Source: the human T2T-CHM13v2.0 reference genome, Homo sapiens
Length of the DNA stretch: 64,000 nt
Assembly (NCBI RefSeq): GCF_009914755.1
Contig: NC_060942.1
Direction: 5' to 3' (one strand)
Below, piece by piece: positions 54,862-64,000 of this stretch; the first letter of the stretch is position 1, and each line of letters opens with the position of its first letter. The notes under the pieces were generated by a model that was not told the DNA's origin, did not search any database, and saw only the letters and a program-made list of their open reading frames with translations. Both the position numbers and the translations under genes were made by a program.

Positions 54862-55762
54862 TGTCTTGTTTTATTTTATGCTTAGGAATCTATTTAATTT
54901 AAAAACATGTGATGTAACCTGTAAGGTATCTTCATAGAGTTGGTATCTAGTAGACATCAATCTATGGATCAAATACCCTGAGAGCTGGTCTAACACTTAA
55001 ATAGCTGTACCCCTCATTCTTTCTTCTCTCTTCCGCATAGGAACCATGAGTTTCCTTTGTTATAGTGGTGAACTTTTTTGTCACATCCAGGTGGAGGAAA
55101 TTCTGGGTATTCGCTGAGAGCAAACAAAAGGACACACGTTGGGTCCTATACTGGTGGTGTTATATCCAACACTGGGAAGGCTATTTCCTCATCATGCTGC
55201 TTTCAGGGCACATGGAAACACTAGAAAAGAATTATTAGAATAGAGTTAGAATTCCAGTTAGGATAGAAATGTTGGGAAGTGTGTTGGTGTTTGTGCCGGG
55301 ATGTTAAGCTCAGGGCAAAGGGATTCCAGACTGTTCTGGAATAGATTATTTGGTACAAACGCTTTCCAAATTTTTTTTTCTTGCTTCTCTGCCAGCCTTT
55401 TGGAATCAAACTGGAAGTTCTAGTAACACTTGCTTCTGTCGCTGCCAAAGTCCCTGCTGGTGAAATTAATTCCCTATGTGTTTAATGCATATAATTTAAT
55501 GTTAAAAATAAAATGGTGAGTCTTAATTGCTTAGGTGGACGAAGTGTACTAAACTGTAAGTTACTGATATTATAGGTCTCTTTGAAGGTGACCTTATCAA
55601 TGTGTGGCCTTCAGTAGGAACTCTGGCTACTTCTTCCAAAAGAATTGAGTGTTATTCTCCAGAGATCTGAAAGGAAGATTGCATCGTGTTCATTAGCATC
55701 TTGGTTTTCTGACAGTAAAGAAATACTTTGTAGCCCAATCTTTTTAGTTGCACCTAAAAATA

Positions 55763-55808
55763 TTAGGTTGGTACAAAAGTAATAGTGGTTTTTGCCCATT
55801 ACTTTCAA
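55763..55808. mobile_element. MADE1 (Hsmar1 MITE), one arm only
   Basis: TA then ttaggttggtacaaaagtaatagtggtttttgcccattactttcaa; second TIR absent. Confidence 0.85.
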
Positions 55809-57284
55809 AGTTGCTTGTGACAGTGTTGACGGCTACACCAACGATTTGTCTAAGATACGCATTTTGTCATGCACCTTGAGGATAATACCCCAGCCTTACA
55901 TTCCTTATAGAACTTGAAGTTGTGTCTCACTCTTTCTATAAATATGTCAGGGAAAAAATAGATAAAAAAGGAAAATTGGCAAGCATTTTCCCTGTCAATA
56001 ATAAAAACAAGACCAGAAAGATAGTCCCTTGGTGAATAAAATCTTGAATATAAAGCATGTTACATCTGAAAAAAAAATCTCAAATTTCAACAGCATGATG
56101 GCATACGTGTCTCTATAATGTATCCTCAGCTGATGGTATCAGGGGAACATGAGACATTTGAGAAAATAGTAACATAAAAACGAACATTGGGGCATGTCAT
56201 CCAGAGTGGCTACTGAGAGAATACTACTTGTGAGCAAGAAGCTCCCTCTCCCCCTTTTCACTCCATTTTTAACTCAGCATTGAATTAAAATGAAAGAAAG
56301 GGAAATATATATATTTTTTCCTTTTAGCAGAAAATGTCATGGAAATGTCAGAGTTCTAGGTGATTACATCTCTCTTAAAAGTCGATAGCTGCAAATCATG
56401 GAATCCCTTACTACATTGGAAAATATTAATTTTGAGTAAAAGCATCATTTTCCTGAGATGTGGGCAGGCTCTGAAGCTTTGGAAAGGTGCTTCAGAATGG
56501 AGTGTAACCCAGAGCCACTGAATTCTCTGAATGACTGTCAGGTTCTGATCAATTTATGTCAGTTGCAGACAGATTTATGTAACTCTTTCTGTCCTGCCCT
56601 CAGATCACATCCTTTGAGTGCTCTGCTCATTCCTAAGTGCTTCTGCCGTTTAGATTTACTTGTATTAATAATTCTGTTTTCAAGATTCAAAGCGGTGGGA
56701 ACAGCCCCTTTAGAAAATGACATTCAGAGATGTTACATGGAAAGAATGGGGCACCTTCAGAAGCTTCTAAGTCTTTTTCCTGGCTTTAGGCAGAACTGAT
56801 CTTGTGTCATGCAGATCAGTATCTAGTCAGGCTTTAAAGATCCTTGTCAGTGTCTTGATCTTTTTGTACAAGCCAGGGTCACATTCCATTCCATTTGTTA
56901 TCAGAGAGTTTCTCTTCACTGCTGTTCCTCAGCTGCAAATTCACTTTCTATATGTAGCAGGATGGGGAATAGGGCTCTTCTAATCATCAAGGAAGTTTGG
57001 TTAAGTACCCAAAATTGAGAACAATTAAAGACAAGTTCTTCTGATGATGAATAAGACCCCTCCTAGGAGCCTGTAAAGATTACTGAAAGGGCAAAAGTGG
57101 TCAGAGCTGCAAGTGGGAGTAGGGTAGGGAGAAGCTTAGAAAAAGATGTAATATACTGGGTTTTTCTTAGTTTACAGAAATTTATGCTTATCAATGTGTA
57201 TACATTTATATGCAGATATATAAACATATATGCTTATAATACAGAATAAAATGCATAAAGGTGAGATTTTATATATATATGAAT

Positions 57285-57640
57285 GAATGAATAATTTCAA
57301 ATTTATAAAACATTTGCAAAGGTAGAACAGAGGGTTTCTGTATACCCCTCACTGAATTCCCATATTACTAGCACCTTACATTGTCATATGTCTGTCAGAA
57401 TCAAGAAACTGAAATTGACACTGGTATATTAGTAATAACTAAACTCTCAGCATTATTTGGATTTCACTAGTTGTTCCTCTTTCTGTTTCAGAATTCGAAC
57501 TAGGATAACACTTGGCATTTAGTTGTCATGGTGTTCAGTCTCTGCTGGTCTGTGACAGTTTCTTTTGGTTAATTTTTTTTTTCTGACTTTGAGGAATATT
57601 GGCTAAGTATGAGATCTCCGTTTTGGTTAGACGGGACTAT
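57285..57640 (-). mobile_element. L1MC4/5-like 3' end
   Basis: ataatttcaaatttata...tatacccctcac...ggatttcactag...gcatttagttgtcatg. Confidence 0.75.
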
Positions 57641-57899
57641 CATATTTTAATACCTGAAAGTGAATCATAGTTGTTTATATAAATAAGATTGTTCTTACAA
57701 TTCAAAGTGACTAGAAATTCATCTATGCCAGAGATGTCTTCAAGGAGAGATTGAGGGAAATATGGTAGAGTATGTTAGCAGGCAATGTTTGAAGAAAAAT
57801 AGAGTATTTTTCTTTCTGTAACCTCACTGCGCTTGGCCCATTTGACAAGCCAATTACATTTGCATTTGAGAGGGGAAAAAAGACTGATAACTATTCCAA

Positions 57900-58460
57900 G
57901 TATCAATGAACAAGTATTTAGTGTCTATTAAAACTATATACTAAGAGGCATTCAGAAACAGCTCATCCCTGAAGGAGTTTATAATCTAGTAGAGGATATA
58001 AAACATGTTCCCATGCAATTCAAAATACAAACAGATAAATGCTAAAGCAATTGAGAAAAAGGTGTTATTTGCCCTAGAATCATGAAAATAGTTTGAGAAG
58101 TTAACAATAGTGAAAAAGGACTCTAGACAGAAGTTGGAGGTGTGGGAGGGAAGTAGAATGTGATTCTAAACATGGGAGCAACAGAATACTGGGCTTATTT
58201 TTGGAGGTAAGGACAATACTGCAGAATGAGATGCATAAAGGTAATTTGCAAGAGAGGAGACAAGAAAGGTAAATTGAGCAGAGGTTGAATTAAGGGCTGT
58301 AAATAATACGCTGGGCTAATTACTTTTTCAATTTGCAAAAACTGGCCTTAACAGAATTAGACTAGGTGAATATCATGGTCAAAGTATTATCCGACGAAGG
58401 TGTACTGTCTGGCAGAGGGATGTGGTAAGGCTTGGTGAAACAGATTAGAGGCTGGAGAGA
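57900..58460 (-). mobile_element. L2 fragment
   Basis: aacaagtattta...ccctgaaggagtttataatctagtagagga. Confidence 0.55.
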
Positions 58461-58477
58461 AGACATTAAGAGGGACC

Positions 58478-58570
58478 TACACAATGTATACATGTATGGA
58501 AGTATCACACTGTACCCCATAAATATGTGTGATTATTAAGTGTCTATTAAAAACAAAATAAAACTTAAAA
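58478..58570 (+). mobile_element. L1MA-like extreme 3' end
   Basis: cacaatgtatacatgtat...atcacactgtaccccataaatatgt...attaaaaacaaaataaaa. Confidence 0.8.
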
Positions 58571-59689
58571 GGCAGGGGGATGGGCAAAGAGATAGAGAAT
58601 AGTGGAGTTGAGGGCACTCACTCTTGAGAGTCCTTATTTATTGAGGAGATGACATTATCTATAGAAAGAGGGAATGGGGAATATTGAATGCTTAATGTTA
58701 ATGGCTGTGAGGAATGGGATAGGGGCTTCGTCATCCAGAACTTCAATGCACACACTACTGAATCGCATTGAGAATCCATTTGAGATGAGGACACAGGACA
58801 TTTTAAGAGATCTAAGCAATGCAGTTCTTTGCCTCTCACTCTTTTTCAAGTTTTTGATTCCCAAGGTGAACCTTGGTTCACATTCCCCTATGACCATATC
58901 TTGGAGACAACTTTTTATATGTTTCTCTTCTCCTAACCCAGATTTGGAAGGGAAGAAGTGGATCATTTGTTTTTATTGTCTTATCTTTGCTTTCTTACCG
59001 TTCTCTTACTTTTTTTTAAATATCACTACTGAAAAATATGAGTAAAATGTTTTTTAGAACATTTTAGAAAAGAAAAAAATACAAAAGTAATGCTATAGTT
59101 TATCAGTGAAGCATGAAGAGAAGCTTATTTTGCTTACTATTTGAGGCAGTTCTGGCCATAGGATTTAATGGACTTCATTTTGAAAAGCTGCCTGCCAGAT
59201 CAAGTAACTTCTCATTCATTTGAGCCATGTCTATATAGCCTAAGGCCTGGCTCAAAGGTATGACAGAAACCTAATATGAGAAATATAATTTTATTACAGT
59301 GAATCCATGCAGGGTATTGGACAAGGAATTATACAGAAATCATTTCAATTGCTATGTTAAATTAGAAGGTTGTACAAATATTTTACATTAGAGACCCCTT
59401 AGTCATTAAAGCCGCAAGCTTGCTATTACTATATATTTGTGAGCAAATATCATCACAGACCTGACTCACGTTAGAAGGGAAATTCTCATCACCTCTGTCA
59501 TCCTTTAGAATGGAAAAAAAAACTTATTCATAAACTCATAAAAATCCCAACAGAAGAAAGTTTAAAAACCATGGAATATGACCTCCTGGCAAATCAACAA
59601 ATTTGTTTTTAAAAAAAACAAATCATGGTGACTGCCTTAATAATTATGCAGAATAAACTATTTGTTTCTATATAATCCCCTCCATGGTT

Positions 59690-61050
<1,361 letters not shown>

Positions 61051-63623
61051 AAATTTTAACCTTACCTAGAATAAAGAATCCACGTCAAGAAAGCAAGAAA
61101 TGGCACATGGATAAATTTTCCCTACGCAAAATCCAGCCCCAGTCACCCTCTCTCTGATAAATTGAGTCCATTGGAAAAGGCAACCACCTCTCAGTGATAA
61201 GCACCAGTCATAAATTAATATCTAGGACTTGATTATTAAAATTACTACGTACTGTGCTGGAAGGAAAGATTCTAGAAACTTGATGGCTTAGATTAAATTG
61301 TCACTACCCACTAGACTTGAAGAAGCCATTGGAAAGGCCATTGAGGCCCCCTCGTAATTTATATAAAGGAACTGACAACCTCATTGGTTTTCAGATTTGC
61401 CAGTTAATTAAATGGCTCAGGCATGTCATTTTGGAAAAGCTTTGGATTTGGAGACTGAATTTACTTCTAGTTCTTATCTAACTTAGTTTTATGACTTTGG
61501 ACAAAATTTTTCACCTCTCAAACAATTTCTCTCCTTATCTGTGAAGGGAGGAGGTTGGACAGTTATGAACAAAGCTTGTAGCTCCAACTTTCTATTAATT
61601 GCAGGAGGCAGGAAGGGAGCTACACTAACTGGAGAGATTCACTAGTTGAAATTCTTGGTTTTGCTGCAGACCATAGCCTACAATTAGGGCTTTGAGACTC
61701 TGGCTCCATAACTACCAAAGGATGATGTCTCGAACAGGTTTAAATTAACCCATCTTCAAGGAGTTCAGTAATAGACTCTGAACCGAATAAATCTCTTCCT
61801 AAGCCCATTTAAAGTTGTATATAGAAGAGAACTGGCACAATTATTTGGTGACGGTCATTTTCTTCTCAAAATTTTTGTTCTTGAAGTGATTTGGTTTTTA
61901 CTCTAAGTTTAATTGTAGCTTTTTTCTTCATTGTAACATTTTAAATTACTTTTTAGTTATAGCAAATGTAAATTGGAGTCATATTCAGTTGTTCCTGGAC
62001 CCTCTTTGCAGTTTTCCCTCTGTCTTAAGTAGACGATGTCGGAGGAAAAAAATAGGTAACCATAATATGTGGCCTTATTATGTACAAAATGAATAAGCCA
62101 TCATTTCCAGTACTATCATAAGGAGCTACGTGAGAAACATTATAGTCAAGGAGTATACACAAGCATGGAATTTACACTGGCCTCTGTGTATATGCTGAAC
62201 GCTAGTTACTGATTTTAAATTTCAAGGTAACATTTTCTAACAAGGGAGACTTTCCCCAGAGGTATTGCTTCTGTCTCCCAACTCTTCATATTTGAGTGCT
62301 GGTCAGGAGAAGCCTGGGTGAGGGGATGGAGAAATAGCCACTCTGGATGAAGGCTGCAGAGCCAACCTTCAGGACTGTTGTGTCTGTGAGTGAAATTTAT
62401 AGGGCATGGCTGCTAGCCGCCAAATCCATTGTCTCACAGTGTCAACATTAACTACCACTGCTTTTTATGTTTAACTTGGTTAATATGTTTAGACGCTGCT
62501 GGGGTCCAAATGCTGAAAATTCAGCAAACTGAATTAATCGATTTTTCTCTGACAGGAATGTTCTGTAGAAATAGATATTGCCACACCATACTGTGAGCTG
62601 CTTAACACACACAGCTGAAATAACTGCACTGGTGATGAACTTGAATTTGAAACAGGGATTAGAACTCTGTGTCTGAAGGTTGGGAAAGGAGGTAGGCTAT
62701 GGCAAAGTTTGGGTCTCAGGAGGGCTCATTAGATGAAGATTAAGTGAAGAAGTCTTGCCTTTCTCCACTGCCTTATTCCACTTACTCATTGCACCTCATT
62801 CCTTTCTACCCGGAGCTTACAACCTCACTCTGATGTGCTTTCTGTGCTTCAGGGTTTGGCCACTGGCAGAGCAGATGAACAACTAGCAAAGGGACTGTAC
62901 TTTTGCAAAAAGGAAATTATACTGCCCAACTCATCAGCTTAAAGGGAGAAAGGACACTCACTGTAGCACACAAGCTTAGTAAACATGTTGGGTCTCTAGG
63001 TCCTCCTTGGCAATTGATTCCCATCTGGACACAACTCAAAGTGTGAACTCGAATGTTTACAAGTCTCTTTGCTTTTGGCCAAGGTTGTCTTGGAACTGAT
63101 ACTTATGATACCCGAGGCTTCCTCACAACTTCCTTTTGAAGAGGTACTGATGCTTCATTTTATGTTACTTGCTTTGCCATGAAGGGGAAAAGCAGCTCAT
63201 CCAGAATAGTACACAACTCCAGACTTGCTAATTTTTGACTTAGAGTGAAATATACCTCATTTAGTATAAATTTACTTTCCAAGTTCTGTTTTTATTTACT
63301 AATAATAAGAATTTATTTGCATTCCGTGAACACACTCACAGAGAAAAGAGAGCGATTAAAAGAGGATCATCGAACATAAAAGAAAGAGGTCAAAAACTAG
63401 GCCCACATGAATTTTAAAATTTGTCCTCAAGTATAAATAATCTATAGTCAGGAATTCACATTAATAATTTAATTTCTGCCACCATTCTGAGTTTTTCTTC
63501 ATTTTTTCCTACTAGGGACCAAAAGTTCTCTATAAGAATGTCCAAGGTTCTGGAAATGGAGTTATCCTATTTGAACACAAATACTCAACAGCTAAGAGGC
63601 ATAGAAGTTTCTCTAGAAGAGTA

Positions 63624-63808
63624 CATTGTTCTACAATCAGAATGGGTATTGGGGTCATGTGGAAGGCCTATTAAATCACAGATTTCTGGCCCATACCCCA
63701 AATATTTTAGTTCGGTAGTCCGGACTGGGTCCCAAGAATTTACTTTGTCAGCAAGATCCCACGTGATACTCATGCTGCTGCTCCAGGTTCCAACTATGAG
63801 GACAACTA
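63624..63808 (-). mobile_element. MER5A
   Basis: ttaaatcacagatttctggccc...cccaagaattt...gtgatactcatgctgctgctcc follows antisense MER5A. Confidence 0.75.
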
Positions 63809-63909
63809 TTCTATTAAAAGACTTATCGACATCGCTGGCACCAGCCCAGGGGTTCATTCAGGACCTTCTCTTTCTTTCCATCACTGCCCCTATTCTAAAC
63901 ACTTCCTTC

Positions 63910-64000
63910 ACCCCAAATATTTCGGTTCATTAGGCCTGGGTGGGTCCCAAGAATTTACTCTGTCAGCAAGATCCCAGGTTATGCTCACGCCACTTATCCA
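63910..64000 (-). repeat. Second copy of MER5A-derived segment 63695-63785
   Basis: Ungapped manual alignment 74/91 identical, offset 215. Confidence 0.85.

Noticed and set aside
58618-59045. Overlapping ORFs on both strands (73-123 aa)
   Set aside because: No recognisable domain; consistent with chance.
63538-63933. 131-aa ORF after an acceptor-like pyrimidine tract
   Set aside because: Runs through MER5A-derived sequence and resembles no protein I know.

Overview
AT-rich human intronic or intergenic DNA; an L1HS-Ta insertion at 12.2-12.6 kb identifies the species. I found no supportable cellular protein-coding exon, tRNA, rRNA or CRISPR array. Every ORF in the track that I recognise is transposon-derived (L1 ORF2, Alu, HERV-L pol/dUTPase, MaLR LTR, MADE1, CR1/L3); the rest look like chance frames. 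The window is a patchwork of Alus, L1s, L2/MIR/L3 relics, MaLR/ERVL LTRs, hAT and mariner MITEs and microsatellites. I cannot support a new biological system here. The best leads are mechanistic scars: a young L1HS-Ta with a perfect TSD, a twin-primed L1PA7 with a possible 3' transduction, a ~44-bp locally templated insertion in an L3, a MER5A-derived duplication running off the window end, an LTR-less HERV-L pol-dUTPase fragment, a triplicated 14-mer inside a compound microsatellite, and an A25(TA)26 tract in an Alu linker. Some CpG-retaining patches and one hairpin may be functional. Family and subfamily calls come from recalled consensus sequences, not a database search, and boundaries of old elements are approximate.
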